Part shown: positions 40,493 through 51,531 of the stretch, one piece after another
Numbering within the stretch: position 1 is the first letter of the stretch
Layout of the letters: each line of letters opens with the position of its first letter
NCBI GenBank assembly: GCA_958296125.1
Contig: OY282444.1
Location: 4,633,266-4,697,265 of the forward strand
Direction: 5' to 3'
DNA length: 64,000 nucleotides
From: an uncultured Poribacteria bacterium
GTDB taxonomy: Bacteria; Poribacteria; WGA-4E; PCPOR2b
Position numbers and translations under genes: made by a program
Notes under the pieces: generated by a model
The model's database searches: none
What the model was told of the DNA's origin: nothing
The model's input: the letters and a program-made list of their open reading frames with translations, nothing else

Positions 40493-41581
40493 TTACTGTT
40501 CCCTAACAATAATTCCACCGGCTTGGGTCGAGTCAACCGCACGTGTGTTCGTCTCCAAGTGATCTCGATAGATGTCATAGGCAGTTTTCGCCGCTGCCTC
40601 AACTTCGTAGTGTAAAACAAATACCATCATCGTATCGATCCAGTCAGTAGAGGATGTTTTGTGTAGATATGCAGCAGAGCACCCTGTTACGCTTGGATTA
40701 AATTCTAGCAAACGTTCGGGCAGGAAACGGTGGATTCCCTTCAAAGTTACACCGGAGGGGAAGTATTTTTCGCTATGAGGCACCCTGTTTTTTGAAGGAA
40801 GGCGGGTCAGAAGATGTGGTGTTGTCAGTGGATCTTTGATGCGCTCGGCAGTTGCTTTAGCCAGTTCAACCATGCCCTCTTTAATCTGACTTGCAAATTC
40901 GTATCCCTCAATTTGTATGAAGTATTTGCCTTTCCAGCAGTTAAGTCCTCGTCCAGAAACGATTGCTCTGCTGCCGACCCATTCAAATTCATCTTGTGGA
41001 TAGCGATTGCGGCTATAGATGCCGAAAGCATTCTCTGGAGTGCCCATGTCGAAAACCTCTAAAAGAATCAGCGGCTGAGATCCAAGTCGAGGTGTTTGAT
41101 ATTCGACGGTCGCCCCTTCGATAAACCCGTAGTTGTGATATAATTCCGGGTTTCCACCGATTACATTTTTGTACAAAGCTTTCCCAATATCAACGCTCGG
41201 TTTCCCCGCTCTGACCCAGTGAGATGCCTCTCCATTTGCAGGCAATAGGTCCATCGGTTTGGCGGTTGTGATTAAGGGGAGCGAATCCATCTGAGGCAGT
41301 GTTTCCGTCCGCGTTCCGACTTCGCCGAGCATCCTCGATGAAACCGGGACTTGAGTGATTTGGCGTGATAGTCCTTTCGCCGCCTTAGCGGTTCGAGCTT
41401 TCCACACGCCATAGACATACTGCCCATTCTGGCTCACAGCCGTATAATTGCCTTGTTCGGCCTGACACGAAAGAAACAGCAGCGCGCAAGATACATGAAC
41501 AATCCAAAGATACTGCCGCCATCGATGAGAAATCTGAAAATGTGGGGTACAAAACGTGATACGTGATACGTGATAAGTCAC
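40493..41581 (-). CDS. Hypothetical secreted protein
   Basis: N-terminal hydrophobic signal-like segment. No recognisable catalytic motifs. Confidence 0.5.
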   Translation of the reverse strand: MTYHVSRITFCTPHFQISHRWRQYLWIVHVSCALLFLSCQAEQGNYTAVSQNGQYVYGVWKARTAKAAKGLSRQITQVPVSSRMLGEVGTRTETLPQMDSLPLITTAKPMDLLPANGEASHWVRAGKPSVDIGKALYKNVIGGNPELYHNYGFIEGATVEYQTPRLGSQPLILLEVFDMGTPENAFGIYSRNRYPQDEFEWVGSRAIVSGRGLNCWKGKYFIQIEGYEFASQIKEGMVELAKATAERIKDPLTTPHLLTRLPSKNRVPHSEKYFPSGVTLKGIHRFLPERLLEFNPSVTGCSAAYLHKTSSTDWIDTMMVFVLHYEVEAAAKTAYDIYRDHLETNTRAVDSTQAGGIIVREQ

Positions 41582-41615
41582 AGCTTTATGGTCTCATAAG
41601 CATGTGTCTATGAGC

Positions 41616-42200
41616 CTACCATTGTTCAGCGAGCGTGCTGTAGAAATCGTCGACTAATTCTTGAATGAGTCGTCTTTGCGCCTCTTCGCGCGTTTCTGGC
41701 GGCTCCCCCTGACCCGAAACAATATAGAAATCATGAATTTGGAAATAGTTATCTCTACGATCGATGATTTTGTTCTGGACACGATCCCGAAATTCATACT
41801 CAATCTCTAAACTCATGCGAAATTGCTCAGGCTGATTGTTAGCATTATAACGATAGGGTTCGAGATGGTAATCCAAAATAATCACATCGAGTTGTGCATC
41901 ATTGCCATCGCGCCATTTCTGGTTAAAACGGTCAATGAGTGCTTCCCGAATCGCTTCATCGTGTGGATTACCGGAAGTATCAAATGTGAAATCTGGATCC
42001 TGAATCTCAATCGGTGAAATCGTAATTGTCTTTATATGACTGAGATAGTTTGAGGTTGACACATAACCGCACCCCAAAACTATAAAGATCGGAATCCAGA
42101 CACTCGGAATCCAGACACCTAGGGAAAGCGCAGCACGTAATGTAGCAACGAATCGCACAAATTTTCGTCCGGTGGATGAGGAAAGCAAAGGGGGTTTCAT
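41616..42200 (-). CDS. Hypothetical lipoprotein (LptE-like?)
   Basis: Signal and TM segment ending in a VLGC lipobox-like sequence. Small periplasmic domain. Confidence 0.45.
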   Translation of the reverse strand: MKPPLLSSSTGRKFVRFVATLRAALSLGVWIPSVWIPIFIVLGCGYVSTSNYLSHIKTITISPIEIQDPDFTFDTSGNPHDEAIREALIDRFNQKWRDGNDAQLDVIILDYHLEPYRYNANNQPEQFRMSLEIEYEFRDRVQNKIIDRRDNYFQIHDFYIVSGQGEPPETREEAQRRLIQELVDDFYSTLAEQW

Positions 42201-42259
42201 CTCAAACCTCTGGAGTGAGTATCCGACATATCTAGCGGATTGGATAGGGGAGGGGTGAA

Positions 42260-42469
42260 CTATTCTAAACCGAATCCCAGTTTTGCGGATTTAACAATCC
42301 ATTTCGCTTGGTGGATTATCCATTCCCGACGGGTCACAGCGAGAACAAAAACACCCCCAAGAAGAACCAGAATAAATGTCAACAGATAGGTCAACCATTT
42401 CTGATCGAGGAGATCCCGCTCTTTGTTAATTAGCCTTCTCGTCCTTCGGATGGGGTACTTGGCTTGCAT
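42260..42469 (-). CDS. Small membrane protein, hypothetical
   Basis: 69 aa with one strong TM helix (LTYLLTFILVLLGGVFVLAV) and basic flanks. Confidence 0.35.
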   Translation of the reverse strand: MQAKYPIRRTRRLINKERDLLDQKWLTYLLTFILVLLGGVFVLAVTRREWIIHQAKWIVKSAKLGFGLE

Positions 42470-42592
42470 TTGAAATAACTGTTATTCTACCCCCGAAAAT
42501 GTGAAATGTGCCGCAACAAAATATTGAAGAATCCGCCCGGTGACACTCGCCGATTAATGAAGCGCGAACCTTCAAACGTTACGAGTAATTCG

Positions 42593-42629
42593 TGAGATGT
42601 GAGAGCCCAATGCTTCCCTCACATCTCAT
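42593..42629 (-). other. 3' stem-loop downstream of pnp (11-bp stem)
   Basis: tgagatgtgag...ctcacatctca perfect 11-bp inverted repeat 65 bp after the pnp stop. No U-tract, so it is more likely a stability hairpin than an intrinsic terminator. Confidence 0.4.
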
Positions 42630-42694
42630 GCTATGGATGGTATTTCGACCAATAGCACCCATCTTCTCACGTATTTAGCAATAGTCGCACTGCA

Positions 42695-44926
42695 CTAAAA
42701 TCTACCTTTGGGGATTCTTGGCGGTCGACGGTCTCGTGAATCGCTGCCACGATTCTGACGAGAGTTGCGAGAATCACGCTGTCCTCTACCTGAACGGTTG
42801 TCCCGTGGACGTCCCCCCCGCTCGGATGAAGTGAGATCTCCGGTTGCTGGGTTACTTGCAAGCGTCAGGTCAACGCGACCCTGGTCATCAATCTCAATGA
42901 CACGGACAGCCACCTCATCACCGATGTTCATCACATCTTCAACCTGTCGGACGTATCCATCCCCCATTTGGGAGATATGAAGCAATCCATCCTGGCCGGG
43001 TATAATTTCGATAAACGCGCCAAATGATGTGATACGGGTCACTTTTCCGGGGTACTCTTTGCCAACCTCAGGAATTGCGGTAATGGCGAGAATCATTTCT
43101 TCGGCCTTGCTAGCAGCTTCAGCATTGAATGATGAAAGCTCGACCCTCCCATCGTCCTCAATGTCGATCGTCACACCGGTTTCCTCTTGAATCGCTTGAA
43201 CGGTTTTGCCGCGTGGGCCGATCAAGTCTTTGATTTTGGATGGCGAAATGTGGATTTCATAGATACGTGGCGCATACGGAGAAATCTCAGCGCGCGGTTG
43301 AGCAATAATTGCATTCATCTTATCCAGAACAACCAGACGCGCTTCTTTCGCTTGATGGATAGCTCTCCGCATCAAATCCGGTGTCACACCGTCAATTTTG
43401 ATGTCCATCTGGACAGCGGTGATGCCATCCTGAGTCCCGGCGACCTTAAAGTCCATGTCACCGAGGAAGTCCTCCGTGCCGAGCATATCCGTCAAGATGA
43501 CCTCGCGATCACCTTCCTTAATCAATCCAACACCCACCCCCGCTACCGGCTTCTTGATAGGCACCCCCGCGTCCAATAATGAAAGGGTTACACCACACAC
43601 GCTTGCCATGGAGGAAGACGCGTTCGATTCAAGAATCTCCGATACTGCACGAATTGTGTATCGGAACTCATCTCGATCGGGAATGACCGGCTGAATTGCC
43701 TTCTCAGCGAGAGCCCCGTGACCGATTTCCCTTCGCCCTGGGCCCATAATTCGCTTGACTTCGCCGGTGCTGTATGGTGGGAAATTGTAGTGGAGAAAGA
43801 AGTATTTTCTAACCTCTCCGATCAAGGAACGGTTCACATCTTCGTCACCTTTGGTCCCGAGTGTCGTCACACAAAGGGCTTGGGTTTGTCCACGGGTAAA
43901 GAGTGCTGACCCGTGTACGCGAGGTAGGACCGCAACCTCACCTGAAATGTCTCGAACATCTGTGACACCCCGTCCATCAACACGTTTTCCTTGGTTTAAG
44001 ATTGACTGGCGCATCTCTTCCTTCTCAATGTCGTCTAATATCGAAATGGCATCCTTCCTGACCTCAGGCCCATCTTCTTCTACTTCAACATCATCAAGAA
44101 TTTCCAACAGAATATCTGCCTGCACCTGTTCGAGATAGCCTTCGCGGTCTTGCTTCTGGTCCATGCCGATGGATTCACGAATCCTTCCTGTAGCGAGGTT
44201 TTGGATACGTGAGCGCAGTCCCTCATCGATCTCTTTCATTTTGTAATCGCGGGTAGGCTTTCCACATAGTGCAATTAAACCTTCCTGAAGTTTGGTAATT
44301 TCTTTAATCTCTTGGTGAGCTGCTACAATTGCATCAATCACCTCATCTTCCGGCACCTCGTGCGCTCCACCTTCGACAGACATGACCGCATCGGTTGTCC
44401 CACTGACGAAAAATTCTAATTCACCCTTTTCTAATTCTTCATAAGTCGGATTGACGCAAAATTCCCCATCTAGCCTTCCAATTGTGACAGCACCGACAGG
44501 TCCGTTAAACGGTATGTCAGAGATACTGAGGGCTGCCGATGTTCCAATGAGGGCAGGCACATCAGCGGGGTGGATCTGATCAGAAGCAAGCACCGTGCAC
44601 ATGACCTGTACTTCGACTTGGAAATCCTTAGGGAAAAGGGGACGAATACAGTGATCAATTAGACGTGCTGTCAAGAGCTCATTTCCACCGGGGCGTGGTT
44701 CACGCCTACCATAGACACCGGGGATGCGCCCTGCTGCATAAGATTTTTCACGATAGTCTACGGTTAACGGAAAGAAGTCTAGATTCGATTCCCTCTTATC
44801 AGCGACGACTGCCACTAAGACAACCGTTCCACCGTATTGTACCCAAACCGCACCATCTGCTTGTTTGGCAACCTTTCCTGTCTCGATTGAGAGCTTTTCG
44901 CTCCCAAGCTGCATTTCAACTTTCAA
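42695..44926 (-). CDS. pnp: Polyribonucleotide nucleotidyltransferase (PNPase)
   Basis: Two RNase PH domains, KH and S1 domains, RG-rich C-terminal tail. Located downstream of rpsO. TTG start with an AAGGAGG RBS. Confidence 0.97.
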   Translation of the reverse strand: MKVEMQLGSEKLSIETGKVAKQADGAVWVQYGGTVVLVAVVADKRESNLDFFPLTVDYREKSYAAGRIPGVYGRREPRPGGNELLTARLIDHCIRPLFPKDFQVEVQVMCTVLASDQIHPADVPALIGTSAALSISDIPFNGPVGAVTIGRLDGEFCVNPTYEELEKGELEFFVSGTTDAVMSVEGGAHEVPEDEVIDAIVAAHQEIKEITKLQEGLIALCGKPTRDYKMKEIDEGLRSRIQNLATGRIRESIGMDQKQDREGYLEQVQADILLEILDDVEVEEDGPEVRKDAISILDDIEKEEMRQSILNQGKRVDGRGVTDVRDISGEVAVLPRVHGSALFTRGQTQALCVTTLGTKGDEDVNRSLIGEVRKYFFLHYNFPPYSTGEVKRIMGPGRREIGHGALAEKAIQPVIPDRDEFRYTIRAVSEILESNASSSMASVCGVTLSLLDAGVPIKKPVAGVGVGLIKEGDREVILTDMLGTEDFLGDMDFKVAGTQDGITAVQMDIKIDGVTPDLMRRAIHQAKEARLVVLDKMNAIIAQPRAEISPYAPRIYEIHISPSKIKDLIGPRGKTVQAIQEETGVTIDIEDDGRVELSSFNAEAASKAEEMILAITAIPEVGKEYPGKVTRITSFGAFIEIIPGQDGLLHISQMGDGYVRQVEDVMNIGDEVAVRVIEIDDQGRVDLTLASNPATGDLTSSERGGRPRDNRSGRGQRDSRNSRQNRGSDSRDRRPPRIPKGRF

Positions 44927-44961
44927 TATCTTTCCTCCTTACAACGTTCTACGGTGGTTTA

Positions 44962-45252
44962 CTAGCTTCTCCTGCCTGAAATCGTGTCACGAATGCCAAG
45001 TTGAGTAATCAGATTCCGATACCGTTGAACATCTCGTTTGTGTAGATAACGCAATAAGCGACGTTGTTTGCTCACGAGTCTAAACAGTCCCTGTCTCGAA
45101 TGATGGTCTTTTCTATGGATCCGAAAATGTTCCGTCAACTCCCGGATGCGAGTATGGATAATTGCCACCTGGACTTCCGGTGACCCGGTATCGCTATCAT
45201 GGGTTTTATACGCTTCGACCAGTTCCTTTTTCCGCTTAACTGCCAACACCAT
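44962..45252 (-). CDS. rpsO: 30S ribosomal protein S15
   Basis: Conserved S15 sequence (GSPEVQVAIIHTRIRELTEHFRIHRKDHHSRQGL...). Confidence 0.95.
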   Translation of the reverse strand: MVLAVKRKKELVEAYKTHDSDTGSPEVQVAIIHTRIRELTEHFRIHRKDHHSRQGLFRLVSKQRRLLRYLHKRDVQRYRNLITQLGIRDTISGRRS

Positions 45253-45378
45253 GCAGATTCACCTCCTTTTTCATATTTTCTTTTCAGATGCAATACGTTT
45301 TTTACATATACACGCGGGTTAATATACCACAAACCGGAGTGTTTTGTAAATCAAATTTTCTGCCAATCTAAGTGGGAT

Positions 45379-46329
45379 TCAGCAGCAATGAGCATTTCTG
45401 TCCCGCATTCGATTCAGAATGGCTTTAGCTGTAGCAATGTCCTGCTTAATCTGATCGATTAACATCTCTGGATTTGGAAATTTCCGTTCTTCCCGGATTT
45501 TTTCGATGAAGAAAACCTCCATCTTTGCTCCGTATACCATTTTCTCAAAATCGAATAGGTGGGCTTCAATCTGGAATTTTGCTCCATCAAACGTGGGTCT
45601 TGCCCCCATATTCAGCACACCGTCAAACATACGCCCTTCTAACTTGACCCGGATGGCGTAAACCCCGCTTGGCGGCAGCATCTGATTGCCAGCGTCAATG
45701 TTGGCAGTAGGAAACCCAATCTGCCTCCCCCGCCCCTCGCCCTTTACTATCTCACCCATGATTGAGTATCGGTGTCCTAGGAGCTCAGATACTAGATCAA
45801 GGTTACTTTTTGCAATGGCTTCACGGACCCGCGTGCTATGAACAGGTGCACCATGAAGTTGCACGGGGCCAACAATCATCACACCAAATTGGTACTGATC
45901 CCCAAGTTGTTTCAAGGCTTCTGCGTTGCCAGATCGCCCTTTGCCAAACTGCCAATCGTAACCAATAATAACCTGTCTAGCATGCAATCGTTGCAATAGC
46001 ACTTGCTGAACAAAGGTATCCGGGGACATTTGTTGTAAATATGCATCAAAGCGTGCAAAGATCACAGCATCAACACCGAGTTGCTCTAATATCTCAATCT
46101 TCTTGGGAAGGGTTGTCAAAGCTGGAGGACATCTTTCAGGAGCAAGGAAAGCCACGGGCGGCGGGTCAAAGGTCAGCACAAAACTCGCTAGTTTGAATTT
46201 TTCGGATTGCGTCAATACCTGCTGGATGACCGCTTGATGTCCAATGTGTAGTCCATCAAACACACCAACGGTAACAATAGACTCCTGAAAAAATTCAGAA
46301 GGCGTTTCTAGATCGTAGTAAATCTGCAA
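45379..46329 (-). CDS. ribF: Bifunctional riboflavin kinase / FMN adenylyltransferase
   Basis: GVFDGLHIGHQ nucleotidyltransferase motif. C-terminal riboflavin kinase domain (PTANI, GxRPTF). Confidence 0.95.
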   Translation of the reverse strand: MQIYYDLETPSEFFQESIVTVGVFDGLHIGHQAVIQQVLTQSEKFKLASFVLTFDPPPVAFLAPERCPPALTTLPKKIEILEQLGVDAVIFARFDAYLQQMSPDTFVQQVLLQRLHARQVIIGYDWQFGKGRSGNAEALKQLGDQYQFGVMIVGPVQLHGAPVHSTRVREAIAKSNLDLVSELLGHRYSIMGEIVKGEGRGRQIGFPTANIDAGNQMLPPSGVYAIRVKLEGRMFDGVLNMGARPTFDGAKFQIEAHLFDFEKMVYGAKMEVFFIEKIREERKFPNPEMLIDQIKQDIATAKAILNRMRDRNAHCC

Positions 46330-46360
46330 GATTCAATCTCCAGAGACCAACGATTGAAAA

Positions 46361-47086
46361 TCATCGAGTCAATCCCAACTGCCGATTCAGCATATCATCA
46401 ACAGCATCAATTGGGGTCACAGCCTGATAAGCAAATTCGGGGGTACGCTCAAGGCTATCGAATGTATGTGCACCCTCAATCTTGAATACGCCCGATCGAG
46501 TGCGAGTAAGTGCTGAAAGGTGGGCACCACAACCCAATGCTGTTCCAATATCTGCAGCAAGGACTCGGATATACGTTCCTTTGGAACAAACAACTCGGAA
46601 ATGGACTTCGGGGATATTAAATGATAGCAATTCGATAGATTCAATGAAGATCCGTCTCGGGCGGCGTTTGACTTCAAATCCTCGGCGTGCCAATTTGTAT
46701 AACGGTTTCCCTTTATGCTTGACTGCAGAAAACATCGGCGGTATCTGCTCAATTTCCCCAACAAACTTTTGGCAGACGGATCGAATTTGATCGGGAGTTA
46801 TTTGACTCGTGTCCGCGGTCTTGATAATCTGTCCATTAGCGTCAAGGCTATCTGTTGCGATACCCAATGTAAGCGTCCCTTCGTATTCTTTTGTGCCAAC
46901 CTGTAATGCTTCAAATAGTTTTGTTCCATCTCCTAGACAAATGAGTAACACGCCGGTGGCATCCGGATCGAGCGTGCCCCCATGGCCCGCTTTCTTTACA
47001 TCTAGTAGGCGTTTCACGCAATCAACAGCCTGTCTTGAGGTAATCTTTGGGGGTTTATTCAGATTGAGAACACCGTGAATGCCCAT
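46361..47086 (-). CDS. truB: tRNA pseudouridine(55) synthase TruB
   Basis: GVLNLNKPPKITS...HGGTLDPDATGVL catalytic Asp motif. Confidence 0.95.
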   Translation of the reverse strand: MGIHGVLNLNKPPKITSRQAVDCVKRLLDVKKAGHGGTLDPDATGVLLICLGDGTKLFEALQVGTKEYEGTLTLGIATDSLDANGQIIKTADTSQITPDQIRSVCQKFVGEIEQIPPMFSAVKHKGKPLYKLARRGFEVKRRPRRIFIESIELLSFNIPEVHFRVVCSKGTYIRVLAADIGTALGCGAHLSALTRTRSGVFKIEGAHTFDSLERTPEFAYQAVTPIDAVDDMLNRQLGLTR

Positions 47087-47313
47087 TGTCCATCAAGTGG
47101 CGGTTCATCAAAGAAATTCGACTAACCCCACCGCCATTTGTCAGCCAATGATTATAAAATCACAGATCTATATCATATCTGCAAAATGGCTTTTAAGGAT
47201 CGGTCGTTCCGAGTTATATGCCTAACTGTGATAATTAATCTCATGCCTGACAGCGAAATCCGCCCCAATCTCCTAACACATCGCTGTTAATCAGCATCCC
47301 TTTTAATTCAAAT

Positions 47314-48324
47314 TCATCCATTCCCCATCCGTTGCTGCGTTATTGCCACCAGTTGTGCTACTGCCTCTTCATAGGGCGCATCAATCTCACAGCCGGCAGC
47401 ACGCTGATGGCCCCCACCGCCAAACGCGGAAGCAATTTCGCCAACATCAACAAACGATTTACTCCGCAGGCTTACCTTCGATTCACCATTCTTCTGCTCG
47501 CTGACAAGGATTGCTACCTCAACAGTGTCAACTGAACGGATATGATTAATAAACCCGTCCACATCCTCGCGGGTCGTTCCGGTTTTACGAAACATCTCCT
47601 GTGTTGCATACAACCAGCCGATTTTGCCATTCGGTGTCATGCCAAGCGTTTGGAAAACTTCACCAAGCAGAAGAATAGTTCCAACAGGTAAAGTCTCGTA
47701 TACGGCGCGATATACTTCATCAACGGAAATCCCTTCCTTAATCAGTTCCGCCGCAACATGGTGAGCCGTGGGTGTCGAATTTGAATATCGAAAACAACCT
47801 GTATCGAACATAATCCCTGTGTAAAGGCAAAGGGCTCGCTTTTTCCCTATTGGGGTGCCGTGGTGCCGGATCAACCGATAGATAATCTCCGATGTCGATG
47901 ATGCGTCCGTTTCGACGAGGTTGTAGTCTCCAAAGTGATCAGCGGCGGTGTGGTGATCAATGTTGACAGTTGCTTTGGTTGGAATCAGGGAGTGAGACAG
48001 GGATTCACCGATGCGCTTCAACACGCCTGCGTCCAGAACGACTAAAACTTCGGGAAAATCGTTTTGAAGGGCTTTGGCGGGCAAAATGGCATCGTAAAAG
48101 GGAAGAAATCTGTAATTCTTCGGCGCAGTATCTGTGTTGAAAATTTTGACCTGTTTCCCGAGGTCCTTGAGGAAAGAGTAGAGTGCCAATTCAGATCCGA
48201 GTGCATCGCCATCCGGATTAACGTGGGTTGAGAGTGCAAAGCACTGGTGTTCGTCAAATACCTGCAAAATTGCTTGATAATCTTCCATAGCGGATGAGCT
48301 AATCTGTCTCCATTGCCTCGTCAT
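47314..48324 (-). CDS. nrnA: DHH-family phosphoesterase (NrnA-like oligoribonuclease/pAp phosphatase)
   Basis: DHH motifs (HVNPDGDALGS, DHH) and DHHA1 GGGGHQRAAG. The true start is probably the internal Met (MEDYQ). Confidence 0.85.
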   Translation of the reverse strand: MTRQWRQISSSAMEDYQAILQVFDEHQCFALSTHVNPDGDALGSELALYSFLKDLGKQVKIFNTDTAPKNYRFLPFYDAILPAKALQNDFPEVLVVLDAGVLKRIGESLSHSLIPTKATVNIDHHTAADHFGDYNLVETDASSTSEIIYRLIRHHGTPIGKKRALCLYTGIMFDTGCFRYSNSTPTAHHVAAELIKEGISVDEVYRAVYETLPVGTILLLGEVFQTLGMTPNGKIGWLYATQEMFRKTGTTREDVDGFINHIRSVDTVEVAILVSEQKNGESKVSLRSKSFVDVGEIASAFGGGGHQRAAGCEIDAPYEEAVAQLVAITQQRMGNG

Positions 48325-48727
48325 CGGCTGTCGATGAAATTCCGTCTTGGGTATGAATCCGCTTGAGTAGGCGATCTATTTGCATTAATTGATCAACAGA
48401 ATCGTCTAATTCAAAGCGCAGTTCAGGGGCGTGGCGTAAGCCAATTCGTTGCACAACTTCACGCCGTAGGAAGCCAGCGGCACTTTTGAGTCCCGTTATG
48501 GAGTTCCGTTTCTGCTTCTTGTCACCAACGACGCTCACTTTGACATCTGCATACCTCAAATCTGGAGAAACCTCAACCTGAGAGACGGTGCAAAAGCCGA
48601 CTCGCGGGTCTCTAAGCTCTCGTTGAATGATATCGCTTAACTCTCTTTGTATGAGCACGCTCACACGGTCTGTGCGTCTTCCTCGCATTACCTTCCTCAA
48701 GTCTGCCTCATCAGGACAGAATTTCAA
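48299..48727 (-). CDS. rbfA: Ribosome-binding factor A
   Basis: RbfA KH-like signature (RVGFCTVSQVEVSPDLRYADVKVSV). Operon position after infB/DUF503. Confidence 0.9.
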   Translation of the reverse strand: MKFCPDEADLRKVMRGRRTDRVSVLIQRELSDIIQRELRDPRVGFCTVSQVEVSPDLRYADVKVSVVGDKKQKRNSITGLKSAAGFLRREVVQRIGLRHAPELRFELDDSVDQLMQIDRLLKRIHTQDGISSTADDEAMETD

Positions 48728-48995
48728 TTTCGTAGACCGTTAATTCAGCCAAAAGGGTGTCTTCAATAAAGTTGACAACGTAAGACAAAACACGATTGAG
48801 ATGCTTTGTATCATTGGAAATCGATACCACACCAAGCACAGCCCGTTGATGCGCGTCAAGTGCGTCCACCTCAGCGACAGCGATGTTAAAGCGATTTTTC
48901 AGACGGTCTGTGATGCTTTTAACGACCTGCCGCTTCTGTTTGAGCGAATGGCTGTCTGGAATGGTTAGCCAGATTGTACAAACTCCAATATGCAT
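48711..48995 (-). CDS. DUF503 (YlxP-like) protein
   Basis: Small conserved protein typical between infB and rbfA. Confidence 0.75.
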   Translation of the reverse strand: MHIGVCTIWLTIPDSHSLKQKRQVVKSITDRLKNRFNIAVAEVDALDAHQRAVLGVVSISNDTKHLNRVLSYVVNFIEDTLLAELTVYEIEILS

Positions 48996-49065
48996 AAGCG
49001 CAATGCAGTCGATACGGGGAGTTTTGGGGGAATGCTAAAGCACTCGCCGGTGTTGCCCCCCGTTT

Positions 49066-51189
49066 CTACCTCAGTGAGCGTGGTATGCGCTCGTGGGTAT
49101 AGCATTCCAACACATCGTCCACTTTAAAATCATCAAAGGCACCGACACCGATGCCACACTCGTAGTTTGCTTGAACCTCAGTGACATCTTCCTTAAAATG
49201 TCGCAACGAATCAACCTTCCCCTCGTAGATCAGGCGATTATCTCGTAAGACTCGGAGGGCGTAGTTACGGATGATTCGCCCCCAATTCACATAACTTCCA
49301 GCAATCGTTCCCATGCGTGGTGTCCTGAACAACTCTCGAATAACGCCCCTGCCGACCACAACCTCTCGAACTTCGGGATCAAGTAACCCCTCCATCGCCG
49401 ATCTGACATCAGAGATTAGGTCGTAAATCACACTGTATGTCCGAACATCAATGTCTTCATTTTCTTTTGCGATGAGGGCACCAGTTGTGGGATGGACATT
49501 AAAGCCAACGACAATTGCATTGGAGGCAGACGCGAGTAAAACGTCCGTTTCGGTAATGCCCCCAACGGCTTGATGAATAATGTTAATCTTGACTTCTTCC
49601 GTGCTCAACCTTTGCAAGGAATCGAAAACCGCCTCGACAGAACCTTGCACATCGCCTTTAACGATGATGTTTAGTTCTTTGATATCACCTTCCCGAATCT
49701 GTTGGAAGAGGTCCTCTAAACTTACACGACTCTGTGGCCCCAATTGGGTCGCCCGATGTTGGGCTTGTCGAGATTCGCTAATCGATTTCGCATCTTTCTC
49801 AGAGGCAACTGCAAAAAATTGGTCTCCAGCCTCCGGAACCCCTGTAAAACCAAGAACCTCAACCGGGGTTGAGGGTGGTGCTTTTTTTACACGATGCCCC
49901 CGGTCGTCTATCATCGCACGAACTTTTCCATAATAACGACCGGCGACGAAGACATCGCCCACCTGCAAAGTCCCACTTTGGACCAGCACAGTTGCCACGG
50001 GCCCTCGTCCTTTATCTAGTTTGGCTTCGGCGACCGTCCCACGAGCAGGTTTATTCGGATTGGCACTGAGTTCAAGCAATTCTGCTTCGAGGAGCAGCAT
50101 CTCTAACAACTCTTCGATGCCGATCTGTTCCTTTGCAGAGATTTCAACAAAAATGGTCTGTCCGCCCCATTCTTCGGGGACGAGGTCATAGTCTGCTAAT
50201 TGTTGCTTGACATAATCTGGCCTGGCGTTTTCGACATCAATTTTGTTGAGGGCAACAAGGATCGGAACCCCCGCTGCTTTTGAGTGGTTGAGTGCTTCGA
50301 CGGTCTGCGGCATTACACCATCATCAGCTGCAACAACAAGGACGACAATATCAGTCACTTGTGCGCCACGAGCGCGCATCGCAGTAAACGCTGCGTGGCC
50401 GGGAGTGTCCAGAAAGACGACATTTCCGCTTTCCAACTCCACATGGTAAGCCCCGATGTGTTGGGTAATCTGCCCTGCCTCTGTGTCCATGACATTTGAT
50501 TGTCGGATAGCATCAAGCAAGGAGGTTTTACCGTGGTCGACATGCCCCATAATCGTAATAACGGGGGAACGCGAGAGGAGATTTTTGGCATCATCTGGCT
50601 CGTCCTGAAGGATTTGCTCTTCCAGTGTCAATCTACGAACGGCTTTAAATCCAAACTGGTTGCTTATCGCTTGTAGCGTCGCGTAGTCCAAGCGTTGGTT
50701 AATGCTCGCCATAATCCCAAGCTTCATGAGACGCATAATCATTTCGGTCCCCTTAAATCTCAGCTCAGAAGCGAGCAGACCAACGGTGATGCCTTCATGG
50801 ACTTGCGGAATAGATGTAACTTCCTTTTTCTTTCTGATTGCCGTGTCTGCTTTGGGTGCCTCTGCTTTTGACTCAACAACCTGCGCTTCATTGATGGTGG
50901 AAACCGCTGCAACTTTTTTCGCCTTCTTTTTCGCCCTAGGTGGCTCAACTTTGGCTTCAGGAGATTTAGTGGAGGTGGGCTTTGTAGCGTTTCGTTTGGT
51001 CTCAACTACCCCAACCGTCTCCGAATCCAGTGTGCTCATGTGGTTTTTGATAGGAATGCCATACCCACGTAACTCTTCAACAAACTCTTTGCTGCTTACC
51101 CCATATTGTTTTGCAAGTTCATAAACTCTAATCTTTTTACTTTTTGTTTCAGTACCTTCGCTCTGCTTGGTTCGACTACTTTTCACCAT
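49066..51189 (-). CDS. infB: Translation initiation factor IF-2
   Basis: GTPase G1-G4 motifs ([18 protein letters not shown]). IF-2 domain architecture with a basic N-terminus. Confidence 0.97.
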   Translation of the reverse strand: MVKSSRTKQSEGTETKSKKIRVYELAKQYGVSSKEFVEELRGYGIPIKNHMSTLDSETVGVVETKRNATKPTSTKSPEAKVEPPRAKKKAKKVAAVSTINEAQVVESKAEAPKADTAIRKKKEVTSIPQVHEGITVGLLASELRFKGTEMIMRLMKLGIMASINQRLDYATLQAISNQFGFKAVRRLTLEEQILQDEPDDAKNLLSRSPVITIMGHVDHGKTSLLDAIRQSNVMDTEAGQITQHIGAYHVELESGNVVFLDTPGHAAFTAMRARGAQVTDIVVLVVAADDGVMPQTVEALNHSKAAGVPILVALNKIDVENARPDYVKQQLADYDLVPEEWGGQTIFVEISAKEQIGIEELLEMLLLEAELLELSANPNKPARGTVAEAKLDKGRGPVATVLVQSGTLQVGDVFVAGRYYGKVRAMIDDRGHRVKKAPPSTPVEVLGFTGVPEAGDQFFAVASEKDAKSISESRQAQHRATQLGPQSRVSLEDLFQQIREGDIKELNIIVKGDVQGSVEAVFDSLQRLSTEEVKINIIHQAVGGITETDVLLASASNAIVVGFNVHPTTGALIAKENEDIDVRTYSVIYDLISDVRSAMEGLLDPEVREVVVGRGVIRELFRTPRMGTIAGSYVNWGRIIRNYALRVLRDNRLIYEGKVDSLRHFKEDVTEVQANYECGIGVGAFDDFKVDDVLECYTHERIPRSLR

Positions 51190-51477
51190 TTATACCTCCT
51201 CAACGTTTCTATGACTCACCAGATTAAGGAGCTCTTGTTTGAAAGAATCAATAGCCCGCTGTGAAAGATTGGATCGCAAATGACCATTGATTTTCTGAGA
51301 TTTGAAAGTGACATTAATGCACGCTTGGGATTGGCATACATAGGCACCACGTCCTGGCAACTTACCTGTTGGATCTGTTTGGAGGTTGCCAGCCGCATCC
51401 CGCACGAATCGAAGCAAATCTTTCTTGGGAAATCTACTTCGGCATCCAATACAGGTGCGGATAGGTATCGCAGCCAT
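51190..51477 (-). CDS. YlxR/DUF448 family RNA-binding protein
   Basis: PIRTCIGCRxRxxKxxLLRFV signature. Operon position between nusA and infB. Confidence 0.8.
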   Translation of the reverse strand: MAAIPIRTCIGCRSRFPKKDLLRFVRDAAGNLQTDPTGKLPGRGAYVCQSQACINVTFKSQKINGHLRSNLSQRAIDSFKQELLNLVSHRNVEEV

Positions 51478-51531
51478 GTCAACCCCTTAAACAATGAGTA
51501 AGCGCAACCCTTTTGATTAGAAAGAGAATAC